64,000 nucleotides of DNA from Candidatus Marinacidobacterales bacterium (GTDB lineage: Bacteria; Acidobacteriota; Vicinamibacteria; Marinacidobacterales; SMYC01). Below, piece by piece: positions 39,566 to 51,149 of this stretch; positions within the stretch are counted from its first letter, which is position 1, and each line of letters starts with the position of its first letter. A model generated the notes under the pieces. That model did no database searches, was not told the DNA's origin, and saw nothing but the letters and a program-made list of their open reading frames with translations. The DNA lies in the NCBI GenBank assembly GCA_965237955.1, contig OZ250169.1:3808001-3872000 (forward strand), given 5' to 3'. The position numbers and the translations under genes were made by a program.

Positions 39566-42500
39566 CTACTTTGTCCATTCGTCCGAGAGTCGTTCCGCCT
39601 GTTCGAGCACTAGACGAATGGCCTCCTCCTGTTTGTCCGGAGGATACTTGTAGCGGCGTAGTGTGATTCGCACCAAGTTACGTAGCCGCGCTCGCACGCT
39701 CTCGCGCTTCTGCCAATCCACGCTCGCGCTCTTGCGCAGCTTCTCGGTCAGGTCGAACGCGATTTTCTTCAGAAGTTCGTCGCCTAGCTCGCGTACAGCG
39801 CTCTCGTTGTTGGCCAGCGCGTCGTAGAACGCGAGTTCCGAGTCGTTGAGTCCCAACTTCTCACCGCGTTTGGCGGCTTCGCGGAACTCCTTGGCCATCG
39901 CAATCAGTTCTTCGATGACCTGTGCGCTTTCGATCGCGCGGCTGCGGTAGCGGTTCATCGCGGTCAACAGGCGGTCGCTGAACTTCTTCTCGAGGACTAC
40001 GTTGGTGCGGCTGCGCGACTTGATCTCGTCGTTGAGCAGCTTCTGCAGCAGCTCGACGGCAAAGTTCCTCTGCGGAAGCTGTCGCATTTCTTCGAGAAAC
40101 GCGTCCGATAGCAGCCCAATGTCGGGGCGCTCGAGGCCGGCGAGCTTGAAGATGTCCTCCACACCCCCAGCGACCACCGCGTTATCGAGAATCTGCTTGA
40201 GCACCGTGTTCTTGCGGTCTTGCGCCAGCCTCTTGTCGGTCTCCGTCGCTTTGGCGATGACCGTCTTGATGGCCTGGAAGAACGCGATCTCCTCGCGCAG
40301 GGCGATTGCTTCGTCCAGGGTCCCGCAGAGCGAAAAAGCCTTGGTGATCGCGACCACCACATCGAACCAGCGCTTCTTGCCTTCCTCCAACCCCAGTACA
40401 AAGTTCGCCGCGGGTAACAGAAGCGCGGTGGCCTGGGTGCGATAAGCGGCGTAGTCAAAGCCGTGAAGGATACCGCGCGCCACTTCCATCAGCTCCTTGA
40501 GCTTGGCCAGCGCCTCAGCGGTGTCCAACGTCGGTTGGCCCTTGCCGCGGCTCTCGGTGTAAGTCTTGAGAGCTCGCCGCAGCTCGGCCGCGATACCGAT
40601 GTAGTCGACGACAAGGCCACCTTCCTTGTCGCGGAACACGCGGTTGACGCGGGCAATCGCCTGCATCAGGTTGTGGTCGCGCATCGGCTTGTCCACGTAC
40701 ATCGTGTGCAGGCACGGCACGTCGAAGCCGGTGAGCCACATGTCGCGCACGATGACGATCTTTAGCGGGTCCTTCGGGTCCTTGAAGCGCTTCTCCAGCA
40801 GCTTCTTCGAACTTGCGTTGTAGATGTGCGGCCGTAGCTTCGCGTCGTCAGCGGCCGAGCCAGTCATCACGATCCGGACCGCCCCGTCCTCGGGGCTGTA
40901 ATGACTCGGCCTGTCCGCATCCTTGCTCGACACCAGCGTGCCCTTCCAGTGGGGGCGCAGTTCGATGATCGCGTCGAACAAGTCCACGCAGATCTGCCGG
41001 CTCATCCCTACGATCATCGCCTTACCGTGCACGGACGCCACGCGCGCCTCGAAGTGCGTGGCTAGATCCGCCGCGACTTCCTTGATGCGTGGCTCGGCGC
41101 CAACGAGCTTTTCCAGCGCAGCCCACTTGGTCTTGGCCGCCTCGCGCAGCGCGGCGCTCTCCTCGTCCTCGAAGATCTCCTCGACCTGGTCGCTGAGCTG
41201 CTCGATTTCGGCCTGGTTGATGTCCAGCTTGGCCAGACGGCTCTCGTAGTAGATCGGCACTGTGGCGCCGTCGTCCACCGCGTCCTGGATGTCGTAAACG
41301 CTGACGTAGTCCCCGAACACCGCGCGCGTATCCTTGTCGTCGATTTGCACCGGCGTGCCGGTGAAGCCGACGAAGGTCGCGTTCGGCAGCCCGTCGCGCA
41401 GATGCTTGGCAAAGCCGTACTTGTACTTGCCGGACTTCGTGTCCAGCACGGCGCGGAAGCCGTACTGCGAGCGATGTGCCTCGTCGGCGATGACGACGAT
41501 GTTGGTGCGGTCCGTCAGCTGCGGAAACCGTTGTTCATTGGCGGCGGGGGAGAACTTCTGCACCGTGCTGAAGATGATCCCACCCGAGGGGCGACCCGCC
41601 AGCAGCGTTCGCAGCTGCTCGCGGTCTTCGGCCTGCTGTGGTGTCTCCTTGAGCAGAGAGCGCGCACCCATAAAGGTCTGGAACAACTGCCCGTCCAGAT
41701 CGTTGCGGTCGGTCACAACCACCAGGGTCGGGTTCTGCATCTCGGACCGCTGCATCAGCTTGGCCGGCGAAGCACACCATCGACATGCTCTTGCCGGAGC
41801 CCTGCGTGTGCCAGACGATGCCGCCCTTGCGCGAGCCCGGCTCGACCTGCTTGCCATAACTCGCTCGTTCTTCTCGCACCTGGTTTGCTTTCTGCGTAGG
41901 CTGCGTCGCGGCGATGACCGCTACCCGTACGGCTTCGCGTACCGCATGGAATTGGTGGTATCCGGCGATCTTCTTAGTCAGTCCATCATCGCCCTGTTCG
42001 AAGAGGACGAAGTAGCGCAGGTAGTCCAACAGCAGCTCGGGCGCGAAGAAGCCGCGCACCACCTTCTCGAGCTCGAATTCCAGCAGCGGCCGGTCGTTCT
42101 CGTTGTGGATCGTGCGCCACGGCAGGAAGCGCTCGCGGTCTGCCGTCAGCGAGCCGACGCGAGCGTTCAGCCCGTCGGAGATCACCAGCGCCTCGTTGAA
42201 CACGAACAGGTCCGCGATCTCCGTCTTGTAGGCGTCGAGCTGATTGAAGGCCGACCAGATGTCGGCCTGCTCCGCAGCCGGGTTCTTCAGCTCGATGACG
42301 GCAATCGGCAGACCGTTGATGAAGCACACCAGGTCCGGCCGCGGCGGCTGCTTGGTGCCCTGCACCGTGTACTGGTTCACCACCAGGTAACGGTTCCTCC
42401 GCGGATGTTCGAAATCGATCAGCCGCACCCGGTCACCCCGCTTGTCGCCCCCCTGCTCGACCTCGACCGGCATGCCGTCAACGAGTGCCTCGTGAAAGCG

Positions 42501-42755
42501 CCAGTTGCTCTGCACGAGCGACAGCTCGTGCAGCTTCGCCACGCGATGGAGTACCTCGTCGAGCGCCGCCTCCGGCACGCGGGGGTTCAGGCGGTGCAGC
42601 GTTTCGCGCAGCCGCTCCGTGAGCACCACCTGGCGGTAGTCGGCACGCTCGGGCGTTTCTCCATCCGACGCGATGTCCGGACCGTGGCGGTATTCCCAGC
42701 CGGCGTCCTGGAACCAGGTGAGCGCCAGTGCTTCGAGTTCGTTTTCAGTGAGCAT
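39566..42755 (-). pseudogene. hsdR: Type I restriction endonuclease subunit R, one frameshift near 41765
   Basis: [51 protein letters not shown] and MQAIARVNR; split between two frames. Confidence 0.92.
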
Positions 42756-42763
42756 CTCGCCGG

Positions 42764-43902
42764 TCACCCGTTGTAGCTGATGCGCCTCTCGTTCACATCG
42801 ACAATGAGTTGCAAGTACCGCTCGACGAACTCGTACTGGCCCGACGGATACCACAGCGGCTGGATGTTCAATGTCAGCGACCGCGTTCGCCTTCTCTTGT
42901 TTGGCCTGCGCGTCTTCCGGCGCGGGAAGGATCGCGTAGTGGTTCGGGATAGCGTACTCGTCCGCCTTCGTCGCCTTCTCGAGCAATTCTAGCGTCCAGT
43001 CCTGCTCCAAGCTACAACCGAGGAAGAGCAGCGATTGAGACACGAAAGCTTGCCGCAACGCCTTTGGCAACGGTTTGTGGAAGTCGAACGGGTTGCCGTA
43101 GCCGTCGGTGTACTGCGCCTGAGTCAGAATATGAGTTTCTGGGTTGTCCGCATCGCCATGCAGCTTGAGCAAACAGCGATCGCCGCGCACAAGTCGGGGA
43201 AAGAAGTTGTGCTCCTGCGTACCGTGCATGTAGGCGTGGAATTCCACGCCTACACCCCGGTAGGTCTGCTCGATCGCGTCATCGAAGTTGGTGGTGATGA
43301 CACAGCCCTTCGCGATGCGGGGCAGCAGCCCCATCGGTCCACCCAACTTGATCTTCTGGACGCGGTACTTTCGTCCGGACGAAGTTCGACGTCTGCACTG
43401 CATCGTGTTCCACGAGCGCCTGAGCCGCGGCCACGTAATTACCGGCATCGATCAGCGCGAAGATTCCCGCGGCGTCTGCGCCCGGCAGGCGACCCAAAAG
43501 CTCCTTGAGTGCCTCGCCCCACAAGGGCATGCCCATCGGCTTGGACATGCCTGCGCCGACAAACGGCACAACGCGCCCGCGCTCGACGGCTGCGAGCAGA
43601 TCCTGGAACGGTGCCTCTGCCGCTTGAGCGCGGATGAGCTCGATGACCTCCTTATGCCGGGCCTGATGGGTGTCGTCCTCCCACGCCGTGCGCTCGTCGT
43701 CGTAGGCTTCGCGGTCGAGCCAGAACAGCACTTTGCTGCGTTCGTACTGGTAGGCGTCCACATCCGGGCGCGGGCTCGGGAGACTCAGCGGCTCTTCGCC
43801 GTCGAAGAACGCATTGAATTCCGCGTTGGCGTCGTACTGATTGCCGAGAATCCGCAGGGCCTCGGCCAGCAACTGCTTGTGCGGCTTTTCTGCGTCGTTC
43901 AT
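42764..43902 (-). pseudogene. SIR2-like domain protein inside the hsd operon, frameshifts near 43370 and 42886
   Basis: VVPFVGAGMS..GMPLW, ITTNFD, LLKLHGD and LLFLGCSL; the tail LNIQPLWYP...ISYNG* is in a shifted frame. Confidence 0.82.
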
Positions 43903-45143
43903 GCGGCACCTTCGAGCGGGACACGGAGTTCGCCGGACAAAAACTTCGGAAGGAGTGCGTCGCGCATCATAGCCAATAACTGGGATTCCTGGTCACTTGC
44001 GAACATCCGATCCCGCATCGGCTTCACAAATCGATCGAACTCTTTCCGCAGATCACCGGGAGGGCTCGCCACGAGCAGTCGATATGCATTGTTACGGTTC
44101 AGTCCGGGTACCGCCGCATCAGTATTCATTCGATCGAGGCCCAGCGTCTGCAGCACGTAGAAACAGAATGTGAGCTCGACCTTTGGTACGACATAAAACA
44201 CCGTGTCGATCGGATAGAACGGTTTGTCCTCCCAGTACAGGCTGCCGACCGTGCCTTTGCGCCCGACAATGACACCGGGCCCATCGACTAGACCCTCGTT
44301 GTGGTACCCAGTGACTCCGCCGGACCCGTAAACGGGAACAGATCCCGCTACTCGGTCTGTCGACTTGAGCGCTTTCCCGTAGGCCAGTTCAAGCAAGTGG
44401 TCCACACGCTCCCGCCGCCACCCCTCCGGAATCTCGCCGAACTCGGAGTCGACGAGGCGGTCGGGGAAGAGCGCGAGGAGGTCGGGGGTGAGCCCGAGGC
44501 GGCGGCAGATGGACTCCGGCGGCTCGCCGCTGGCTTTGGCGCGTACGGGTTCGAAGTCCACGAACCAGCACTTGAAGATCGCCCGCGCGATAGCCTCCAG
44601 CGTCTCGTTCATCCGGCGGTTCAGTTCGATCTTGTCGTCGAGGGTACCGAGGACATGGTAGATCCGCTCCCGCTCGTCGGCCTCGGGTAACAGAATCGGA
44701 AGCTGCGCGACATCTTTAAGATTGAGCGTCGCCTGCACCGTGGTATTGAGGCGACCGTCGATCATCGCGCGCACTTGGGGGGCGTTCAGTGCGAGCTTCA
44801 CCCAATGCGCCCCAACGCCATCGCGAACGGGGATCACAGCTACCGCGCGCGCTACGTTCCATCCTCGCAAGGTATCGGGGACGACAGCCACCTCGCCGAC
44901 GGTGCCAACTACGGTGAGCAGCAATTCCCCACCGCGCAGTCGGGTTCTCGAATACGCCGACTCGACCGCTGGTGAAACTCGCAGAGGCTGATCGACCCTA
45001 ATTCGGCCATCACGGATATCGGCTACTCGCACGATCGGAACGCCGCCATCCGTATGTGGACCTGGCTGCACTATGCCGTACGAGATCCCTCGACCTTCGG
45101 CTAAGAGAGACGAGCGAGGTACTGACGGCCACTCATCAGCCAT
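43899..45143 (-). CDS. hsdS: Type I R-M specificity subunit S
   Basis: Two TRDs; LDDKIELNRRMNETLEAIARAIFK; GEIPEGW; RDALLPKFLSGELRV. Confidence 0.93.
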   Translation of the reverse strand: MADEWPSVPRSSLLAEGRGISYGIVQPGPHTDGGVPIVRVADIRDGRIRVDQPLRVSPAVESAYSRTRLRGGELLLTVVGTVGEVAVVPDTLRGWNVARAVAVIPVRDGVGAHWVKLALNAPQVRAMIDGRLNTTVQATLNLKDVAQLPILLPEADERERIYHVLGTLDDKIELNRRMNETLEAIARAIFKCWFVDFEPVRAKASGEPPESICRRLGLTPDLLALFPDRLVDSEFGEIPEGWRRERVDHLLELAYGKALKSTDRVAGSVPVYGSGGVTGYHNEGLVDGPGVIVGRKGTVGSLYWEDKPFYPIDTVFYVVPKVELTFCFYVLQTLGLDRMNTDAAVPGLNRNNAYRLLVASPPGDLRKEFDRFVKPMRDRMFASDQESQLLAMMRDALLPKFLSGELRVPLEGAA

Positions 45144-46778
45144 AACCCAGCCTCGCTAAGTTCTTTCGAATCACCTTCCCCAACCGCGCGCTCTCTCCAA
45201 ACTGCTCGTCGAGCTGCGCCGTCAGCCGTTCCATCTTTTCCTCGAAGGGTTCGCCGTCCACTTCCCTTTCTGCCGCGCCGACGTAGCGGCCGGGCGTGAG
45301 CACGTAGTCGTGCTTGCGGATGTCTTCCAGCTTCGCCACCTTGCAGAAACCAGGCACGTCGGCGTAGCCCTCGCCGCGCTTCCACGCATTGAAGGTACCG
45401 GCGACCGTGCGGATGTCGTCCGCGCTGAAGTCGCGCAGCACGCGGTCCTTCATGTAGCCGAGGTTGCGGGCGTCGATGAAGAGCGTCTCGCCCGCGCGGT
45501 CGAGCCCGCCCGCCTTGTCGTTCCCTCGGGCAGCCTTGCTGCGCGTGAGGAACCAGATGCAGGCGGGGATCTGCGTGTTGGTGAAGAGCTGGCCGGGCAG
45601 CGCCACCATGCACTCGACGAGGTCGGCCTCGACGATGGCCTTGCGGATTTTGCCTTCATTATTGGTGTTGCTGCTCATCGAGCCGTTGGCGAGCAAGAGC
45701 GCCATGCTGCCGTGCGGCGCTAGGTGGTGGATCATGTGCTGCATCCACGCGAAGTTCGCGTTGCCCGCGGGCGGGATACCGTACTTCCAGCGCGGGTCGT
45801 CGTCCTTCACGCCGGCGTTCCATTCCTTCATGTTGAAAGGCGGGTTTGCCATGATGTAGTCGGCGCGCAGGTCGGGGTGCTGGTCGCGGCTGAAGGTGTT
45901 GGCCGGCTCCCTGCCGAAGTCGAAGTCCATGCCGCGGATGGCCATATTCATCGAGGCCAGCCGCCAGGTGGTAGGGTTGGACTCCTGGCCGTAGATCGAA
46001 ATCTGGCCCAGGCGCCCGCCGTGCTCTTCGACGAACTTATCGCTCTGCACGAAGAAGCCTCCCGAGCCGCAGCAGGGGTCGTACACGCGGCCCTGGAACG
46101 GCTGCAGCATCTCGACAATGACGGTGACGATGCTCTTCGGCGTGTAGTACTGCCCGCCCTTCTTGCCCTCGGCGATGGCGAACTCGCCGAGGAAGTACTC
46201 GTACACGTGGCCGAGGATGTCCTTGGCCTTGAGCGTGCCGTGGTGGAAAGGGATCTCGGCGATGAGGTCAATCAGCCCCGGCAGCGCGGTGTCGATCTGC
46301 TTTCGCGCATAGTCCTTCTCCAGCACGCCCTTGAGTCTGGGGTTTTCCTTCTCCACCGCTTCCAGCGCATCGTCCAGTAGGCGGCCGATGCCCTTGAATT
46401 CGTACTCACTGGTCTTGCCGTTTTTGACTTGAAGCTTGGTGCCGACCGCTACCTTGGCGTGCGATTGGATGAAGTCCCAGCGCGCCAGCGCCGGGACCCA
46501 GAAGACGTTCTTCTCGGTGTAGTAGTCGCGCGCCTCGATTTCTTCAGGGAGCAACTCCTCGGCGTCGTCGCCCAGATAGTAATCATTCTTCGCGTCGCGG
46601 AAGGCCGCCTCCAGCTCCGCGCGGCGCTCCTTGAAAGCGTCCTAACGTACTTCAAGAAAATCAGACCCAGAACCACGTACTTGTACACGGCGGCGTCCAG
46701 CATCGGCAGTAGCTTGTTGGCGGCTGTCCAGAGCTTTTTGTCGAGATCGTTGAGGAATTGCTGTTTTTCGAGGTTCAT
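45136..46778 (-). pseudogene. hsdM: Type I R-M N6-adenine methyltransferase subunit M, frameshift near 46642
   Basis: LWTAANKL, YKYVVLGLIFLKYV(fs)DAF, GQYYTP, DPCCGSGGF, ANPPFN and LTPGRYVG. Confidence 0.92.
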
Positions 46779-47250
46779 TGACGCCCTCTCGCATGATGGC
46801 TACCCCAAGAGATAACGACGTTCGTTTCGTTGAAACGCCTCCTCGCCGCCCTTGAGGATTCTGCAGACTTGTTCGCGAATGTCGACTGCGGGCTCAGAAG
46901 AAGATTCCCGAGCGGGCGGGCGTCGGAGGGTAGGTTCGGCCTCTCACCCATGAGCACAGCGTAGCGAGTGATACTTGAAGATTTTGGGCGCCTCCGCCAG
47001 CGTGTAGGGCGGGAACGTCGATGATTCGCGTGCGCCCCGACTCGCATGGGTTCGGTTCGTCGCCATGACCTCCTGCCCTTGAACTGATTCTATCGCCTCA
47101 CGGGAAGGGCCGCGACCGCTCCCGCTATAAATGGCGAAGTTTGAGAATGTTACGGCTATCACCCATATGCTACCTAATCGCGACGTCGTTTACTTCTCCT
47201 ACAGTCTCTATCACTTGAGGAACTAGACATCGGTCTCACTTACTTAAAAT

Positions 47251-48969
47251 GCCTCTCCTGCCATTTCAGTGGATCCTCTCGAGGGTGAGACCGCCACAGT
47301 TTAGGTAGACGAGACTGATGAGAGCTTCGGCAGAGTGGAGTCCAAAGCTGCGGTGGCTCAGCAGCCGGATTTTGTTGTTCATTCCTTCGAGTCGGCCGTT
47401 GCTGAGTCTCCACGTGACCCACGCGATGACGCCATCGAAGTGGCTGCGGATCATCTTCGCCGCGCGTTTGACGGGCTCTATCCTCGAGCTCATAGCGCGC
47501 CGCAGCCATCCTCGGAGAAACTTCTTGGCCCATGTCTCGGTTTTGTAGGTGTAGAGGTCCATGAAGTCGTCGCGCAGAAGCATGGCGCGGTAGAGGCGAC
47601 GATTAGCTCGCACCTGCTCGCGGAGCACCCGTTTGTCTTTCGCGCTGCGGTTGTGTTTGGCCTTGAGAAGGGGAAACTTGGTGTTCTTGAGGTTGCGCCG
47701 GGCAGTCCCTTTGAGCTCGCGCACCAGCTCGCGCCGGGTCTTATCCACGGCCTCGTTCAGATGCTTGACGATGTGGAAGCGGTCAAAGATCACCCGTGCC
47801 TGAGGAGCCTTTTTGCCGACGACAGTTATGTACGGCTCCCACATGTCCATGCTGACCGCTTCGAGCTCCGCGGCTCTTTGTGGTCCGAGCTTGCGGAAAA
47901 ACCGCAGCAGCGTCTTGGCCTTGCGCTCCTTTCCCGCCCAGACGACCCGGCCGCTGAGATGGTCTATTACCACTGTTAAGTACTTGTGGCGTTTGCGGTA
48001 GCTGATCTCGTCCATCCCAATCACCCGCAATCCATCGAGCTCGCGCCGCTCATCCCGCTGCTCGGCAACCACTCGCTGGATGATCCGTCGCACCGAACGC
48101 CACGTCACTCGGAAATAGTTCGCTACGGCGCTGACGTCCGTCCTCTGTGCCAGCCACGCTACCTCTTGTTCGAAGCTTTTGGTAAAGCGGCTTCCCTTGT
48201 CTGCCCAAGGCACCTTTTCTCTGACCACTCCACACCGCCGACATAGCACTCGTCGGATCGAGTAGCGAAGATAGGTCCGGACTCCGAACAGGTCCAAGTG
48301 CCGCCAGTAGCGATTGTAGCGATCTTTGTTCTTGCGGACCTTTCGTCCGCAAATCCCGCACAGAGGCTTCCTCCTCCGTGGTACTACATCCACCACCACT
48401 CTGGCTTTGTCCGCCTGGAAGTGGAAACCTCGGACCCACAGGCCTTGCAATCCGATGAGCTTGTTGACTAACGTAGTAACGCGCATCGCGGGAACGCTCT
48501 TTTCTCTTTCGGAAAAAAAGATTCTAGCGTTCTCGCCGATGCGCATCTACACATGGCTTACCCTCTCAACCCACGGGCCTCACCAAATGCCACTGCCCCT
48601 CAGCGGGAGACGAGGCTGTGGGAAACGCCCCCACGGTTCTGGTCGTTCAGACCTTGCTCACGACTGAGTTCTCTTCGAAGCCTGGAAGGGCGTTTTCCAT
48701 AGCCTCCACTAATCGAGCCCCCCCTTCCTTATTCCATATGAATTAATCTTTCTTGTATATATATCAGGAGGGGCCTGTGGGCGCTCGTGGGAAACGCGAA
48801 GCGTTTTCCAAGCGATTGTGGAAAACGCCGCTCCACGTTTGTACGTGCTCACAACCTTTCCCTAAACGCCTCTCTCGCCCGGAGTTTCCGGCGTTTTCCA
48901 CAATCGCGGCAGCGTCCATAGGCCATGCCCTCCAACACAAATCAGATCCCCCGAAACGACAGGAGAACC
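47251..48969 (-). mobile_element. ISL3-family insertion sequence with a long non-coding left end
   Basis: Imperfect 25-bp IRs (GCCTCTCCTGCCATTTCAGTGGATC / GGTTCTCCTGTCGTTTCGGGGGATC) and 8-bp TSD CTTAAAAT (47243-47250, 48970-48977). Confidence 0.88.
47266..48486 (-). CDS. ISL3 transposase
   Basis: CGIC..CRRC zinc finger, VPWA...RFT..FE, IGMDEISY, VSMDMW, FDRFHI and SNGRLEGMNNKI. Confidence 0.93.
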   Translation of the reverse strand: MRVTTLVNKLIGLQGLWVRGFHFQADKARVVVDVVPRRRKPLCGICGRKVRKNKDRYNRYWRHLDLFGVRTYLRYSIRRVLCRRCGVVREKVPWADKGSRFTKSFEQEVAWLAQRTDVSAVANYFRVTWRSVRRIIQRVVAEQRDERRELDGLRVIGMDEISYRKRHKYLTVVIDHLSGRVVWAGKERKAKTLLRFFRKLGPQRAAELEAVSMDMWEPYITVVGKKAPQARVIFDRFHIVKHLNEAVDKTRRELVRELKGTARRNLKNTKFPLLKAKHNRSAKDKRVLREQVRANRRLYRAMLLRDDFMDLYTYKTETWAKKFLRGWLRRAMSSRIEPVKRAAKMIRSHFDGVIAWVTWRLSNGRLEGMNNKIRLLSHRSFGLHSAEALISLVYLNCGGLTLERIH

Positions 48970-50390
48970 CTTAAAATAAGGGACTTATACCTATGGCTTG
49001 ACACGCGCCCGCCGCTTCCGGTGGGCGGCGAGGCTGGATTTGGCATGGCGCTTGCGCTTGCGCTTCCGCTCGTCGTCACCGTCCTGCGGCTTAGGTTTGA
49101 TTTTTTTGGTGCGTGGTAGCGGGCGTTTTCTAAGCAAGTCGTTTATTTACAACTGCTTAGGTACGAGGTGTGGATCGTAATAAGTCATCGTGTCTCCCGT
49201 TGGGAGACAGCCGGACGAGCCCGGCCTCGGTGAGTTCGGGCGCTGTGGGCTGCGCCAGCAGCCCAGCCATGTAGCGGCGGCGGATTTCCCTGTTTCCTAG
49301 CGGCTTCCGTGTTCCACTATCGCCCTTATGGGGTTGTCAAGCTAGTCCCATGGAACAGAAAAAGCTAGACAACACTGGCACTTCTGTGATCTGCTAAATG
49401 CATGAAACACAAGGGCCGGCGAAAAGCCGAATTGAAGCTGTCGTCTCAAGAAAGCGAAGCGCTGACGCGACTGGCGCGACGCAGCCGTAGTTCGCCGCAC
49501 CAAGCCTTCCGAGCGAAGATCGTGCTGGATTGCGCGGCGGGTCTGACGAATATGGAAGTTGCTAGGAAGATGCACACCATGAGGAGCACGGTGGGCAAGT
49601 GGCGAAGACGCTTTGTAGAACAACGAATGGAAGGGTTGTACGACGAACCTCGGCCGGGAGCGGCTCGCAAAATCGGCGATGACCAGATCGAGGAAGTCGT
49701 GACCAAGACGCTGGAGACGACTCCAAAGGGGAGAACCCATTGGAGTACGCGCTCGATGGCCAAGCATCTTGGGCTGAGTCATTCGACGATTGGACGTATT
49801 TGGCGAACGTTCGGGCTTCAACCGCACCGCTCGGAATCGTTTCGTCTCTCGCAAGACCCACAACTGGTCGAAAAAGTACGCGACGTTGTTGGCCTGTATA
49901 TGAACCCACCGGATAACGCGGTCGTCCTGTGCGTCGACGAGAAATCGCAGATTCAAGCGCTCGAGCGTGCTCAACCTGCGTATTCCAGCCATCGTGAACG
50001 CCGAATCCAGAGCAAGCTGAACAGCGAATCCGGTGAAGCCGAACGCTCATCGAAGCGATGAAGTGTTGGGTGACCTCCTTCCCACTGATTGAAAACGTGA
50101 ACCTATCTTACCTGCGTGTTGTGTAGCAAGGGGCGGCAGGTCGGTGCCGGAGGGAGCGGGCGTAAGGAAAGACGCGAAGCGACCTTCCCGCTCCCGTAGG
50201 CAGCGACCTGCCGCGGCCGAACCCCGGGCGATGTGGGGCTGGTTTCGGGGGGTTGCTGGGGTATGGCCTGGCTCGAGAAGACGCTTCCTGAGGCATTCTC
50301 GCGCGTCGTTTTGGCGCCGCATCGTCTGGTACCCCGGGTTTGGCGGTTTCACCCGTTTTTATCGCATCGACGCTGTGGTCCCTCGCTCGC

Positions 50391-51149
50391 TCATGCATCG
50401 GCGTTGTCAAATGCCTTTGGCGCAGCCTTGGTCTTTCTCAGAGAAGCTCCTTTGAGAGTGATGCGGTGCGCGCTGTGGAGAATGCGATCGCAGATAGCGT
50501 CTGCCTGGTTTGGGTCGCCAATCGCTTCGTGCCACTGCTTGAGCGGAATCTGGGTCGCGATGAGTGTGGAGCCACGCTCGGCGCGGTCTTCGATGACCTC
50601 CATTAGATCCCGTCTCTCCGATTCTTTCAGCGGGTGAAGCAGCCAATCATCGATAGCCAGTAAGTCCAGCTTGGCGAGTTTCGTCAAAAGCCGGGCGTAG
50701 GAACCATCACCACGAGCGACCGCGAGCTCGTGGAGCAAGCGCGGTGCTCGCACGTAGCATCCGGTGAAGCCGCGACGACAGGCCCGCTCCACGAAGGCGC
50801 AAGCCAAGAACGATTTGCCAATCCCCGTCGGGCCGGTGATGAGCAGGTTATGGCGCTCACCGACAAAGCGGCAGTTGCCCAGGCTCAAGATCTGTTCGCG
50901 GTTTAAGCCTCGAGGCGCTTGGAAGTTCACGTTCTCCAAACATGCCGGATAGCGGAGCTTTGCCGCTCGCAGTCGTCGAGAAAGCTTACGCTGTTCGCGG
51001 GCGGTCCACTCGGCATCGACCAGGAGTCCCACACGTTCCTCGAAGCTCAGCTCCTTGTATTCGCTCGAGCTCAACTGGGTTTCGAACGCGGACACCAAGC
51101 CGAACAACTTCATGGCGTTCATCTTTTCTATCGTTTCGGGTGTCAGCAT
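50391..51149 (-). CDS. istB: IS21 helper ATPase
   Basis: LSFEERVGLLVD, GPTGIGKS, LAIDDW and ADAICDRI motifs. Confidence 0.93.
   Translation of the reverse strand: MLTPETIEKMNAMKLFGLVSAFETQLSSSEYKELSFEERVGLLVDAEWTAREQRKLSRRLRAAKLRYPACLENVNFQAPRGLNREQILSLGNCRFVGERHNLLITGPTGIGKSFLACAFVERACRRGFTGCYVRAPRLLHELAVARGDGSYARLLTKLAKLDLLAIDDWLLHPLKESERRDLMEVIEDRAERGSTLIATQIPLKQWHEAIGDPNQADAICDRILHSAHRITLKGASLRKTKAAPKAFDNADA

Noticed and set aside
41535-43448. Apparent SIR2-HsdR fusion ORF (637 aa)
   Set aside because: It is produced by a frameshift near 42886. The natural SIR2 tail ends at TGA 42764 and hsdR has its own ATG at 42755.
46790-47070. Possible DUF433/HTH gene remnant (PPYTLAEA) and a UPF0175-like scrap at ~58712-58775
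   Set aside because: Too short and fragmented to call with confidence.
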